Of a stretch of 64,000 bases of DNA, positions 48,430 through 62,200 are shown piece by piece. Below the pieces are notes generated by a model. It did not search any database. It worked only from the letters and a program-made list of their open reading frames with translations, and was not told the origin of the DNA. The stretch covers positions 1,736,001 to 1,800,000 of the forward strand of contig JBLDXI010000002.1 in assembly GCA_047495785.1 (NCBI GenBank). The letters run 5' to 3'. This stretch comes from Lepidodermella squamata (taxonomy: Eukaryota > Animalia > Gastrotricha). The position numbers were made by a program, and so were the translations under genes. Within the stretch, counting starts at the first letter, position 1. Each line of letters starts with the position of its first letter.

Positions 48430-49943
48430 TCAAATGCCTCGGCAACTGCCGCCGCAGGGTAGAATCGGATCGCGAGCGTCGACGAGGGCGATAAATGGCT
48501 GTAGGTCATCGTCGCGCGAGTTTGTGTTCAATTTGTAAAATTTCCACTCATCCACCGGGCTGCTTGTCCACGTGCATGCGTTAGATTTCGGCAGGCAAAG
48601 GCCGTCGTTCCGCATCGAAAATCCGAAACAGCGCGAGTCGCCCAGGCATGACCGCCGGCAAGCCGCTGCTGAGTACAGGTAATCGCTCTGCAGAGCTCCG
48701 CCCTGGCAATGCCCGTTCATTAGCGTAAAATCATTGAAAGTGGCCCAACCATCCGCCCAGCCTAAATAAAAAAAAATAAAAATTTAATTGAAAAATCGGG
48801 AAAAAATAGATGGCTGAAAGCTGAAGGCTGAGACCATGCAGGGTCTTTTTTTATTTAAATCGAAAATCGAGGACTTCGATGTTTACCTCCTGGTTGCTGA
48901 GCACTGGTGATGGGTACAAACTGGACGAGTACCAATTGCCTTTCTGGAGGTGGTGGAGGCGGCCTAGTCCTTGGCGCCATTGTGGTAGTCGTCGGCGGTG
49001 GTGGGATGTAAATTGCTCGGTAAGTTCGCAAATAAAATCCCCATTGTGGGTCAGAAATCCAGCGGCAGTTTGAAGTTTTCGTCATGCAAACGCCGTCAAA
49101 ACGCAGTGAGAAGCCGAAACAGGACGGGTTTGATAGGCAATAGGCACGGCAGGCGTCGGGTGAGTCGAATTCTCGCCCGCCAATTGGCATGCCTTGGCAG
49201 TGGGACCCGACATACGTAAATTCGGGGTAAGATATCGAACGAATATCAGCTGTAAAATTATGAAAAAATTAATAAAAAAATTGCTAATAATTCTAAAAAA
49301 AATTCAAATTTTAAATAAATAAAAAGGGAATTTTTTGCTCTCTGCATAAAAATAACCAAAAATTAATTTTCATTTTCTAAATAATTTTGTGTGAAAATTA
49401 CGCAATGGTTCTGGAGTAGTAGTCGTTGTAGTTGTTGTAGTTGTTCGGATGACCACCGCAATAGGCACCCAACTTGGCGCTGGTGGTGGCGGGGGTGGTG
49501 GGTCCTCAATGCGGATCGGCCCGCCGCCTATGCGCCGGTAGAATGTCCAATCTGGGTCATCTCGCACTGTGCACCCTGTCGTAATAGCGAAACATACGCC
49601 GTCCGCTGGGCGCACGGCGAACCCGGCACAATTATAATTTCCACGACAAGCCACGCTGCAATCACCATATCTAAATAAATAAATAATATTTAAGGAGGAA
49701 TAATTAAAAATATGATCACACCTGTATCCTGTTAGGTAGCTTGGCGTGACCAGTCTACTATTCCCACCGACACAGATAGTGCCAGCCATCGTTCGATAGC
49801 CGGCATAATCAGTTAAAAAATCTGCAATAGCAATAAAATTAAGGTGGAGCATTTTTATTTTTAGCTGACGATTTATTACCATTCTGAGCGGAAGATATTG
49901 CTATAAGGCTCAAAGTTACAGCCAGGCTGAGCCAGCTCATCAT
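48430..49943 (-). CDS. Secreted protein P2 with three PAN/Apple-like domains and Pro/Thr-rich linkers, 5 exons
   Basis: Signal peptide MMSWLSLAVTLSLIAISSA; CSVACRGNYNCAGF..DGVC, CRAYCLSNPSCFGF..DGVC, CRRSCLGDSRCFGF..DGLC, each followed by W.FY. Confidence 0.82.
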
Positions 49944-50634
49944 GCTGGTGAGGATTCCCCTGAAGATGAGCTGTTAAAAGGTTAATTACTTGACACTGTT
50001 ATTAGAATTACTATTCACACGTGTCGGAACGTTGATGATAATTATGATGATGAAGGACCCATGTCGTGTAAAAGTGTGTATATTTTTTTCGATTATTGAG
50101 CAGCTTATAATTGCTCGTTTAGTAATAAAACCACATTGCACCGGCGCCGCTGTTCCACACGCTTTGAATGCCTGGCTGCTGTATTATACGGAGCCGACTG
50201 CCGACTATACCGAGGTTATATATGGTTTTTTGTCAAGCCTAGACGTGTGAGCTATTTCCTCGGCCTCAAAGCTCGATGACCGCTGCCAATTCTGAGAATT
50301 CTCGAGTATTTTGCTGAAATTATTCATCAAGACGGGCGAACTCCAACTGAAATAGCCAGCTATTTATGTTTAATTACGAGGAAAAAATTGAAACGAAACG
50401 CATTATAATAAAGTACTGGAGATCCCTCGAAATTAATTACACTTGATAAAAATATGCGTTATAAACATTTTTCTTTTCACTATATGTTCTAGTTCGCAAC
50501 CTTAATAGATATTGGCAAGCAGTTATCAATATCTACCAGTAGAGCCAGAATTTCACTGAGTTTGCATTAGTGTTCCACTTTTCGAACTGAAAATTGAAGA
50601 CTCAAATCAGTATTGAAAAGACCCATCCTGAAGG

Positions 50635-50710
50635 TGGTTCTATTGTTATGATTTACGTCCTAGGTTCGATACCAGCACGTGACTACAGTGCCCTTGAGTG
50701 GGACATTTAA
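50635..50710 (+). mobile_element. Possible decayed tRNA-derived SINE head
   Basis: B-box-like GGTTCGATACC followed by GTGCCCTTGAGTGGGACATTTAA; no complete cloverleaf. Confidence 0.25.
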
Positions 50711-52185
50711 AAAAACCGATGTCTTTGCGGCGATATAAGATTTTATTGCATATAAGTAACCATGGAAATCGTTTTTGATAATTTATGAAATTGACGCAAA
50801 AAATGAAAATAAAATTACTTATTTTACGTGTTCTCAAACTCAAAACCTATGAGTAGGTGCAGTGGTCTTAAAAACCGATGAATTGATGTAAAAATAAATA
50901 AAAAAACCGAAATAAAAAATAACCGAAATCGATTTGGTTTATTTATTGTTAGTTCTTATGTTACGCTGAATTAAATGATGATTTTTTTTATTATTCTCAT
51001 CAATCTTGACACCCAAGAAATATTCGAAAGGTGATTAGGTCACTAGAAAATTCTAAAACTGGCTCCACAAACAGGCAAATTTGGTTCCGCGCTGGTTTTG
51101 ATTCTGCTCACCGTAAATTGAGTTCCCGAAATTATCTGGTAAATAATGGAGTAATTTTTCGAAAATTTATAAATTGTGAATCGTTGACTTAGATTCGATT
51201 GGATCGAAGTTCGATGAGCTTCGCTTTGGCTTTGATTTATTTATCTTTTTGAAGACCTTCCTCGCAATTTCTAAAAAAAAAACGCTCAATCACTTCTTAT
51301 ATTATTACCAATCATTCGATTTTCGATAGTTGGTTAATAAGATATCACTGAGTGAAATCTGGATGTGAACAAGAAAAAATATCGTCTTTGCTAGAACAAT
51401 TTTCATCGAAAAATCTGATACAACTTCATATCCTTCCTGCGATCCTTTCTTATTCTGCTAGACTCAAATCCTTCATTTTCTAAGACTAATATAGATACAA
51501 TAATGTTTGTGTTTGGTAGCCGTTTGAGGACTTCAGTTTGAGGACAGCATTTGTCCTTATTATGTCTCTCAAGGACAGCAGAAATTGTCGATCCAGTCAA
51601 ACTCCGGTGTGTCCAGATAACAATAAAGCCGTCTCGCGCCGTGGCAGACGGGCGCGTAATTTGGGCGCCGCACGCGCGCCAATTTATAGCCGCCCGTCGG
51701 GCACCTTGCTCATCGCGATGCGCCTTATACTATAATAATAATATCATTGCTAAGCGCTGATGCGAGCTTCTCATTTTGACTCGCGCATTTTATTGCCTTG
51801 TCACCGATATTAATATGGGCGGACAAGGTATCGCCATTCTATGAGACACGCGTTTTATTGAGATGTGTGCGTGTCTCGCCTCGGATTAATTGCGCATCGA
51901 GGCGCTTAGATACAGGTTACATATATAAAAGCAGAAAAGACAATCCCGCATTCGCTGTGGCTGGTAAATTATGGCGACAACAATGCGCGCGCTTAACACA
52001 TCGCGGATTACACGTGTAAACAATAATATAAAACGCAAAACTTTCAATTTGATTTGTTTATTGCCGCCGCGCCCCTTTTAAAGCCTACAACAATGCGCCA
52101 GACAGCGTCATTTCTCTCAAATCTGATATAATATTTAATTTAATTAATTTTCATATTTACTAATTTTTGCCTCGCCAAAAAAAAC

Positions 52186-53708
52186 ATGGATATCATCTTG
52201 CTACTCACCGTGACATTATTACTTGCTATTCAAGTTGCAGGTAAATTATTAAATTATTAATGGGAGTTAATTAATTATTTTATTTTCAGCCGATGCTCAC
52301 CTACCCTTGCTCCACGACCATTACAACGGGCACTTCCATGGCGATCACGTCGTTGAAGAGCCACTGCCGACTTTCCCCAACTTCTTGCCAACCGAGGAGA
52401 CGTGGTGCCGAGGCGGGCGGGGTCGTATTATTGGCGGCTATCAATCCGAACCCATCGCTTGCGCAACAATTTGCGAGGAGGAGCCAACATGCGGTGGCTT
52501 CAACTTACGCGCCGTCGACGGCATTTGCGCCGCTTATACCGTTGGCTGCCGAGAGGACACGAACACCGAATGGACATTCTACCGGCGGAAGTTGAAGACG
52601 TCTAGCGAGTCGAGCGCGGAAACGACATCGGCCAAATCAAGCGAGACGCACCACGTGCATGAAAGTACGACTTTTAAAGCGGCTACTACGACAATGACTG
52701 AGGAATTGACGACGACTGAGGCTATGACTACGCCGACGACTACTACTACAACTACGACGGAAGAGCCGACGACAACTGCGACGACGACTACGACCGAGGA
52801 GCCTACTACGACAACGACAACGACTGAAGCTACAACGACCACCACGGAAGAGCCGACTACAACCTCGACGACTACAACTACTTCTACTACAACTACGACC
52901 ACGCCGACTACTACGACAACCACGACTACGACCACGGAGCCAGAGACTACAACCGAGGCGTATGAGCCACCGACTGAGGCTACTACAACGGCCGAAACTA
53001 TCGCAGCGACTCTCGCTCAGGGTAAAAAGGGCCCTCACCACGGCCATCATCACTCTCGATTTGAAGGCCACAACGTAATCGCGAAGAAGATCATTAAATC
53101 TGAAATTATGAAGCACGAAACTCAAGTTTTCGACGGCAGCGGCCAGCAGCAGCAGCCGGAAAAGGTTGAACAGGTTGTAAGCAGCTTCTCCGACCCTGAC
53201 CCGCCCAGCATCGTGCCAGCGTATAAAAATGCGGTTTTCGGCGAGTATGAACCGTTGAAGGGCAACTGCCGGGGTGGCACTGTATTGAAAATGTTCGTTG
53301 AAATTAATACGAAACAATGCGCTGATGCTTGTTCCGCACACTGCTCCTGTGTTGGATTCACCTACGCTGATGACAGGTAAATAATTCAAAAATGTTAAGG
53401 AGGACATTTTAATTTCATGAAATAAATTTAATGAAATAAATTTTAAAATTATTCAAAAATTTTAAAATATAAATTTACATTTTTTTTTAATTTCTAAAAT
53501 TTCTAACAATTTAAATTTAAATTTCAAAAAATTTCAAAAAATGTCTAAAATTTCTAAAATTTTAATTTCTGCTTTTTCCAGCCAACATTGCGTCCTTAAG
53601 GAATCTCGCTGTGAAACTCCTATTCAACACAATCCGAACGTCAACTACTACGCCCATATCTACCGCCACCCTCTTGGGCCTTCTAACAACAAGCAATCAA
53701 CCTACTAA
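52186..53708 (+). CDS. Secreted mucin-like protein P3: PAN domain, Thr-rich stalk, PAN domain; 3 exons
   Basis: Signal exon MDIILLLTVTLLLAIQVA; CATICEEEPTCGGFN..DGIC..WTFYRR; (EEPTTTTT)n; CADACSAHCSCVGF|..HCVLKESRC. Confidence 0.85.
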
Positions 53709-54369
53709 GCAATTATACCCATAATTCTCATTTTTTCCTGCTCTTTTTTTGTCGTAACCTGTTTTTTGCCAACTTGTTTTATCGAGGTTAAAAAAAATTG
53801 GAAATTCCGAGTGTGGCCAAAACGCCCACGTCACGACAACGAAGTTCCGAATAATGTTGTGATAATATAAGGCAATGTGTTGTAAAGTTGAACGATGAAA
53901 ATAAAACCAGCCCTTCGACTCAGGTCAATTTTTTCTTAGCCAAGAAAATCTAAAGCGGGTCATTTCGGATGTCTATTATTAGACGCAGCTTAGTTTTTGT
54001 CTGAGCATGCAGTTCACGTTAAATAAATCGAAAAAAAATTCAACAAATAGGCGACAAAAGTCCACGCATAAAACACGTGTTTAGGTAGGCCGACCGAATT
54101 GTTATTGAAGTGCAGCATGCTTGAAGACTAAACTCAGTTGAAAAAAAAATGAACGCCTGTTGTTTTAACGACCTCTCTTTACAGTTTTATTGATGAAAGA
54201 CTTTTACGTATACGCATGGCCTGGTATTTTAATCGTCGTTTATTCGAGAAGGCGGTGAAGAAAAACTAAACGGCCTGTTCCTGGAATGTAGTTCAATCAC
54301 AACACATTGTTGTATGTTACGTTACTTTAAAACTTTTAATTACAACAAATTCAATTTTCCTAATAAGAA

Positions 54370-55919
54370 ATGCTGAAGATAACGGTTGTACTGCTGGTTC
54401 TGATCTACCGAACCTTATCGGCCCCGCTGAAATACAGGGTGAAACGGGATGATGGCGATGGGTTTGCGGTCACCCTGAGTTTCCGATGCCTGCCAGATCG
54501 AACGTTGGGCGCAATGAGGCCATTTTCGAATTCTCTCGAAGAATGCACGTTCGCGTGTAATCACATCTCGGAATGTGTCGGTTTTGACCTAGAAATCGCC
54601 ACTAACGGATGCTACCTGCAATTAGCTATCGGCTGCATCTCCAGGCAAGATCTCAACTTCCGGCGATACGACAGGATACACGCGACGGAAACCCCTGATA
54701 TCATAACCGAAGCTCCGAAAATCATTACGTCAACTAAAGCGAAAGTTCCAGTTTCACTGCCAGCTGGGGTCGCCGCGATTTTTTCGGCTAGCAATGAAAA
54801 ACTATGCGCTGGTTCGGAATATATCGGCGCCGCTCAGATGGATTCTACCTTATGCGCGGCGATATGCATGACTAATCCTAATTGCTACGGGTTCAACATG
54901 CGCCCGGGTGACGGGTCGTGCCAGTGCGTCGCGAAGGGGTGCCAGGAGTATTCATACCCCGACTTCGTGCTATACACTAAAATCCCGAGCAACGAGGTCG
55001 CGAATGAAATTCCTCGAAATTTCGAACTTATCGCAGCTTCGTCTCATCTGAAAAATTACGTCGCTACGCTGAACGTCGATTGCGTGTCATCTCACCCGTC
55101 TGGGGAATCTCACGGCCAAAGCGAGGTTTGCGCCTCGATTTGCGATGAAGACGCGACGTGCGGCGGATTTTCGCTGAATACCGCCACGAAGCGTTGCGAA
55201 CTCGTCAGCAATAACTGCTCGGAACAACCGAGTGGCAATACGATTTATTTCAACAAAATTGAGGCGGATTCGGTCGAATTAAATCTAGGCATCACGTTAG
55301 GTATAGTTTTAAATTTGTCAAAATTAATTCCGTAAAGTTTCAAGTTTTAAATTTTAAATTTCATAATTTTTATTTTATTTTATAATTTGTAAAAATTGAG
55401 GCTTAATATTTTACAAAATTAATTCCTTAATTTCTTCATAGATTTATTCATATTCTTTATTTTTTATTATTTTTTCATTTTTTCATAGATTTATTCAACG
55501 ACTCCCTTAGTGCCAGGCCAGAGCTGATGGATCCTGTAATATTTGGTGGACAAAAATACCCAGATATGGCGAGCTTTGATGAAGGTTCGCAATTTTATTA
55601 TCATAAAATGTCTCTTTTTGTCTAAATTGGGAGTGTAATTTCACGCTCTTTCCATTTGAATTCACATGTTCATGGTTTTGTATTAATTTCAGAACCGCGA
55701 ACTCAGTGTCTTGGCTTGTATAGCGAACAACTCGGCGGCTTGCAAACGGGTCCAGATAGCTGTGCGCAATTGTGCCTGGCATCGTCGCGGTGTTACGGCT
55801 TCAATTACGCGCTGACGCACAACATTTGCGCACTTCAGACAGCCGGCTGCAAGCTGAAATCTAACGCCTACGTAGTCTTCTACCGTAAATCGTCATACAG
55901 GCCGCGCAGATTTGACTAA
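54370..55919 (+). CDS. Secreted protein P4 with four PAN/Apple-like domains; exons 54370-55300, 55693-55919
   Basis: Signal peptide then VKR site; CTFACNHISECVGF, CAAICMTNPNCYGF, CASICDEDATCGGF, CAQLCLASSRCYGF. Confidence 0.85.
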
Positions 55920-57192
55920 GCGTACTTATTTCCTCGTAGTAATCAGCTATTCATAATTAATGCTCCGCATGCCATCTCTTGTCCTCATGCTATTTTTTTA
56001 TCATATTATTATTCAAATAAAAAAAAAGTTTCAACAAATTGAATCGTAATATAATTATTTATTTTTGATATGCCGTAATTTTTGTTTTAACATTTTCGCA
56101 GTAGTATAATGTAGAGTAAAACAATGATACAACATGCCGATGCTGATTGGGCAAAAATATAACAATCGACCTTAAAATTAATATCGGAAAGAGATAGTTT
56201 TTCGAGGCCGTAATAATTTTCCACACTTTTTATTGCTCGCTCCGAAAGATATTAATATTATGGACAACCAGAAAAGTTTGAAAAACAAAGATGTGCTTAT
56301 TCACGGGAATGCAATTTGTTTACGCAGTGGTGTGTGAAACATCGAAAAGAATATAACACTGGGTCGGAAAAATATCTGTTCAATTGGCTTTATTGAAAGC
56401 CAACAAAACACGGATATATCGGTTTCGAAGAAAGGCAATCATTATTATAGTATACATATATAGAAGAAACAACGGAAAAGTTCCGCGACTTGATAGTTCA
56501 CCCTGCTTATTGCGAGAGGTCGGAAAAGTTGTTGCATTTTTTCTACCCCGCCCTGGTCAAATTTCAGCATCGAAATGCTAGTTTTTTGTTAAGGAGGTAA
56601 ATTGTGTTATTTTTTCATGAAATTGTGTGACGCAGAGGCAAGAGAAGATATAGGAAAGGAAAGAAGAAACACGGCACTCGTTTTTTTTTAGTTACTTATT
56701 ATTACTTGCATGCTTTTTAAAGCCCTCATATAGCGTGGACGATGATTTACGCATCGAACTGCCGTGTTGGCGTTGGGAACTGTTCCGACTAGTCGCAACT
56801 GAAGGCTGATTGTAGCTAGCATAGCTAGGAACAACCGGCGATGTGTCATACAGGTCGCGCTGTCTTGACGATGACTTGTGAACCGAAGATGATGTCTGCA
56901 CCTTTTTGCAAGCAAATTACAATAAATTAGAGAGAGTAATAAAATGATTAATTAACAGCGCACGACAGAAATTATGCGAACAAGCACGCAAAAGTGTCCC
57001 ATCAATTTTCACTCCAGTGAAAAGTACAAAAAATTCTGGAAAATTGTTCAGAAGTGTTGAAAATAGCATTTACACGGCGTGATTGAAAAGAAGGTAGAGA
57101 TCATAGAGATGAAGCAGAAAATAGTAGGGAAAAGCGGCTGTTTTAAGCTGGATTATTTTTGTTTTGGTTAAATTCGCCGCTTTTCCCTGAAT

Positions 57193-60061
57193 TTAAGCAA
57201 GTACAAGATCATCGATATTTGGTACCGAGTATTCGTCGTTGACGTTGTCGCTTGAAGCACGCTCGCGGCCGAATTTTGTAACTAGGCGGATGCCTTCTAG
57301 AAATTCGTTGAAATCAATCTGCCCGTCGCGATTCGCGTCCATGCTAAGGGCCATGTTGTGTATCGTCTCGGCGTTGAGCGCATTGCCGACGTGTTTGCTC
57401 AACAGCCGGCAGCCGTTTTCAAACTCTTCGAAAGACAACTTGCCAGAATTATCCTTATCCATGAGGCGGAATATTGTTTCGAGGCTTTCGCGGTTTTGAT
57501 ACAGCATTTCTATAACCTCGTCCGGCTGTTCGTTACTAGACACATCGTTCGCTTCTTCCTGCTTACTAGCACCACTGCCACCGCTTGTCCCACCACTGAC
57601 TTGGTTCGCCCAGTTCGTGTTGAAAATGTCGTTGTAGCGAATTTTACTGTCCTCGGTTACCTTTGTCACGCGTCGGGCTAATTGACGCCAAGGTAACGAC
57701 AGGCCAACAACGCTTTCAACCACTTGAACCCATACCGAAAGCGTTATCATACCTATTTTGAAAAAATTTGAAATTTTTTTGAAAATCTAAAAGATGAAAG
57801 CTGAAAGCTGATTTTCGGTTTGCCAAATAAAATAGCAATAAATAGTAATTCTCGAAGTTTGTGCCAAGTACACACCCTAATTAGGATACGATCTTAATAG
57901 GATCCAACTTGAAGTTTAGGATTCTAAGTTTCCTATCAAGTTCAATTAAATCCTAAATCAAAATTTGAGGATTCAGCGCTGGATTTACCCGAAATAGGAT
58001 TTTTTCGAGTTTCCCTTTATAATAAAAACTTAATATCGAGCCTAACCGAAGGATCTCACTATTACGCGTATTTAGAGCTATCGGTGGTCAAATTACGACT
58101 AATAATTCAGCCCACAGAACCGATATTGATTTCCAATATCAATTTTACAAATCTGTGATTTTTTCAAAACAAAATCGCAAAATTGTATATTAGACCCTAA
58201 ATTTTAGAAATAATTTATTTTAAATTTAATTTTCCAAATATTTAGAACAATTTGTTGGAAAAAATTAAAATTTAATTAGTGAAAGATATCATAGATCCAT
58301 AGAACAATAAATATTTGAATTTAGAATTTAGATCCACCTTAATGTGTTCTAATTTTCCTTAAAATGGAAATTATTTAGCATACCTGTGCAGTAAGGATCA
58401 CGTTTTCGGAATTCTTCCAACAGCTTCGATTTGTGAGCCATAAATTTGACTTGAATATTTTGTAAGGCCGATCTTTCCATGATGCTAACGCTCTCCCGCA
58501 GCGTAACATTCGCCGCCATTTTGTTACGCTTCTGGCACGCGTACTGTAAAATTTTCGGCTGGTAAGTCAGGCCGTGCGGCACACCGGTACCAGCCAGCTT
58601 AAGGAAGGCCCCTTTGTTCGAACCTGGCGAGTAGTAGTTGCTGGCCGAGAATATCGTCAGCACGCGGTCGTCGTGCGTGTACTCGTAGCCCTCGGCCTTG
58701 CACTCGTGCGATCGCACAATCAACTCTAATTTGTACTTGATCAAGATGTTTTCGCTCACATCAGGCCCCCAATAGGTGCCACCGCCTCGGTGCGTGTTCG
58801 GGTGACATCCTCGTTGAGGTCGCGGGTCTGACCATAGCAGGTCCAAAATCTGAAAGAAATTAAAAAAAATCCGCCTTAATTCACTGAAATCACTCAAGCG
58901 TAGCATTTTTCAAAATTTTCACGCTCACCTGCTTCCATTCAAGAATTTCAGGCGAAGTATTGGCGTAAAGGGCAGTGGATAGAATGTTTTCGATTTCCTC
59001 GAGGTTAGAAGGCTTCAGCGCCGATAGGTACTTGTGGCGATCGAGCCGCTCGATAATCTCGAGATCGAGCGTGTCCGAACACCCGCCATGCATAGCGAGA
59101 ACACGCTTATCGATAACACTAGCCAACGGCAACCAGCTGAAAATGTCCTTGTAAAGCGTTAGAATGCGAGTTGCGAACGACTTGTATTTCGACGTGACTT
59201 CTTTTATAAAGCCGTAACGGCAGTTGACAATGTGGTCCTCGTGATTGCCACGGTTGAAGAACACGGCGTTCGGGTACAGTAAGTAGCACATGAACACGAC
59301 CATGGACACCTCGACGGACCTTGTGCCGCGATCCACCAGGTCGCCGTTGAATATGTAGCAGTTGGACGACGAAGGAAGGCCATTTTTGTAGAAAATCATC
59401 AGCAGATCCTCAAGCTGGCCGTGCAAATCGCCGCACAGCGTCACGTCCGAGTACATGCCCGTCGATATGTGATTGATATTCGGCAATCGCTTCATCTGAT
59501 CGCGAACCGATAGCAGAATTTCAATAACATACTTGGCGTGTAACGTCTGCTTGTCCTTGAATGAGTTAATCATCGCTGCTAACTGGTCACGCGTCAGCGG
59601 CCACGACAACCTGTAGCCCTTATAGCTGTTTTCTACAAGAATTGAATCAACATTCGCTATGGCTCGAATGTGGTCATCTTCCTCGCTCATCGAAGCCGCG
59701 GTTGACCTTAAACCGGACATCAACGAGCTGCGTAAATGCGACTTTTCGTCTTCCATCGAGTTGATGACGTCATTGAAAAACCCGTACAGCCGAACTTGGT
59801 CTTGCTCTGAGGCGTACTCAAGCTGCGTGAAAATGTTCCAAGTATATTGCCGACGTGCTTCGAGTCGAGCTTTATAGCGCCGATACCATTTTTGAATCAG
59901 CATGGTTGCTTTCATAACTAGAGAAAAAAAATTGAATTTTTTTAAAATTAATTTGGTTTTTTACCTCTAAATACTGCATCGGGGTTGGATGAGCCAGACT
60001 CGTCTTCAGGCGAGTTGCCTTCAGAGACGGATTTTTTCTTGAAAAACAGCTTGAATCGCAT
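57193..60061 (-). CDS. PPEF: Ser/Thr protein phosphatase with EF-hands (PPEF/rdgC), at least 4 exons
   Basis: IQ motif IQKWYRRYKARLEARR..WNIF..LEYA.EQDQ..LY.FF; GDLHG, GDLVDRG, RGNHE, DLLWSDP, RSHE, TIFSASNYY; C-terminal EF hands DKDNSGKLSFEE and DANRDGQIDFNE. Confidence 0.95.
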
Positions 60062-61714
60062 TTTGCTACTGGTCTTATTGCCACCTGCTTCCTGCTTGTA
60101 AGGTGATGGAATTACTGCCTCTCGCTCTAGATATATTTTACAAAAAATAAGTATTTATTGTTGTATAATTGAAACAGAAAGCGCAAGACGCGCTGATCGA
60201 TAATCAAACGATGGCTCACTCTCGCGGGCAAATTGAGGGGGTGAAACTAATTCCATGAGCCGAGGCGCTTCTTAACTTATATCTACGAAAGACTTCACGC
60301 CGTCAATAATTGAGCCTAATATCAGTATGCCGAGTGTGAGGCTTTATTTATACGCGGTATTAAAGGCGCGTAAAAATCTACGCATAATTTTGTTATTATT
60401 ATTATACTTGATATATATGTCGAGGCAGCAGAAAAAAAAACATCTGTAGAAATGGAGACGCGACACACGGGCGCATCTCTGTTCGAGCGCGAGAGAAATT
60501 AGTGATTAGCAAATAATAAGTGTATTAGTGTGTGTGCAAAGAGTTGCGAGCGCGCGGAAAAAGAGAGCAATGTGCGAGTGAGAAATGCGCAATTCAAAAA
60601 TGCGTAATATGTGCGCGCGGATCGTCAGTGTGCGCGCGCGTCGCGGCGCGCTAATCGCACGCGCCCAGCAGGCTTAAATTGATTTTTCTACACGCGCGTG
60701 CGCGCGAAAAAAAACTTGAGAGGCGCCGGATCGCGATTTCACTTCCAGCTCTATTAGCATACCCCCTATTAGTCTAATGTTATTTCAACTGCATACGTGA
60801 AGGTGAGTGATCAAAGTTGTGTCTTATTTCGCTCGGCGCAAAAATGCAGAAACTGTGGCGCGCGTGCTGCCCTTGACACGGTTGCGGAAAAACAAGCATG
60901 ATGCGAAAATAATAATCGATTACAAAGATGTTCAACATTTTGTTAAATAGCCTGCGGAGAGATTTGCGTTTGCTCTAAAATTGAAACGACAACTGTTATC
61001 AGACGTTCATCACGAGCGAAAAGAATGAAATCGTAAACCTCATTCGACTATATAGGCATGTGACTATTTTCTGGTTTGAAAAACTAAGAATAAATAAGTA
61101 ATAAAGCATTGTTGAAAAATTCAACAGTTTTGTACCGATTTTACTTTGTGAAAATCTGCTTCAATTTACACCTGTTGTTTTTTGCCTAAAGGGTTATATC
61201 GATATTTTGCCATGGCATACACTCAAACTTTACGGCACGCGTTTTAGTTATTTTCAACTTTTCCTCACAGGAATTGCGTCGAGTAGTTTTTATCCCAATG
61301 TGATGTAGTTTAGCCAAAATACAAATATCCGCTGCTTGCTTCCGCAGCTCATCTCATATAGCGGATGGCTGGGTCGACAGCGACATCAACCAGAAAATAT
61401 AGACTTTGCAGTTCGGAGTATAGCCTATAATATAAATTTTACTGGAAGCGAATCGCGATTTCAGCCTCAGGGCAGTAATTGTTGGTATTAACTATAGTTG
61501 TGGTATTAACTAAATGGTAATAAAATAATAAAAATGCCGCCTTAATTTCGCTTAGGTTGAATCGCTGAGCTTGTTTAATTTTGATTCGTGAACAATGCAA
61601 TTCGAGTTAAAAAAAGGTGGTTCTATCACTGTATATCTCTGCTATTAAAATCTCTGCGATTGCCTTTTTATTTCCATAACGTCACACCCTATGGATCCAG
61701 GAATCCAGGAATTT

Positions 61715-62200
61715 GAGAAAAACTTTTTTATCAGGCCCATGTCTTATTTTATCCGAGATCCAGAAATGTCACTTGGAATAACCAACTTTGCCTAAATTCA
61801 AATTTTTTCGATTATCTCTGCTCAATCGCCAAGCCTAGGAACCTGAAACGGTTTTGATTCGATCCGCAGCTCTGATCGATTGCAAAACGAGGCCTTTTTT
61901 GCGGAACCCATGAATCGGCAGAGTCGGGCCTTCAAAATGACGTCCTGTGAAGTAAAAGGAATCCTAATGTTCGAAAGCCTGACTTCGAATATTCCCAAAC
62001 CGTATGACCCTTTGCCGAACTAATATCGACTTCGGAATTACTCGATATCCACGGCCACCGAGTGCCTCATGAAGTTCCCTAATTTGCTAACATTCAGCCA
62101 AACTTGGCTTCGAGTAACAACTTTTGTCGGATGTTTCAAGCCACAGTTTAGGTTGTCGGATGAAATAAAACATTAGTCTGATAAAAGAAGACACATCCCT
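61715..62200. mobile_element. Decayed copy of MITE family 2
   Basis: AAACTTTTTTATCAGGCCCATGTCTTATTTTATCCGAG at left and GGTTGTCGGATGAAATAAAACATTAGTCTGATAAAAG at right match the arms of 8834-9116. Confidence 0.6.

Noticed and set aside
52579-53407. Poly-Val and Arg/Ser-rich antisense ORFs (also 63360-63770)
   Set aside because: Reverse-strand read-through of Thr- and Ala-rich repeats
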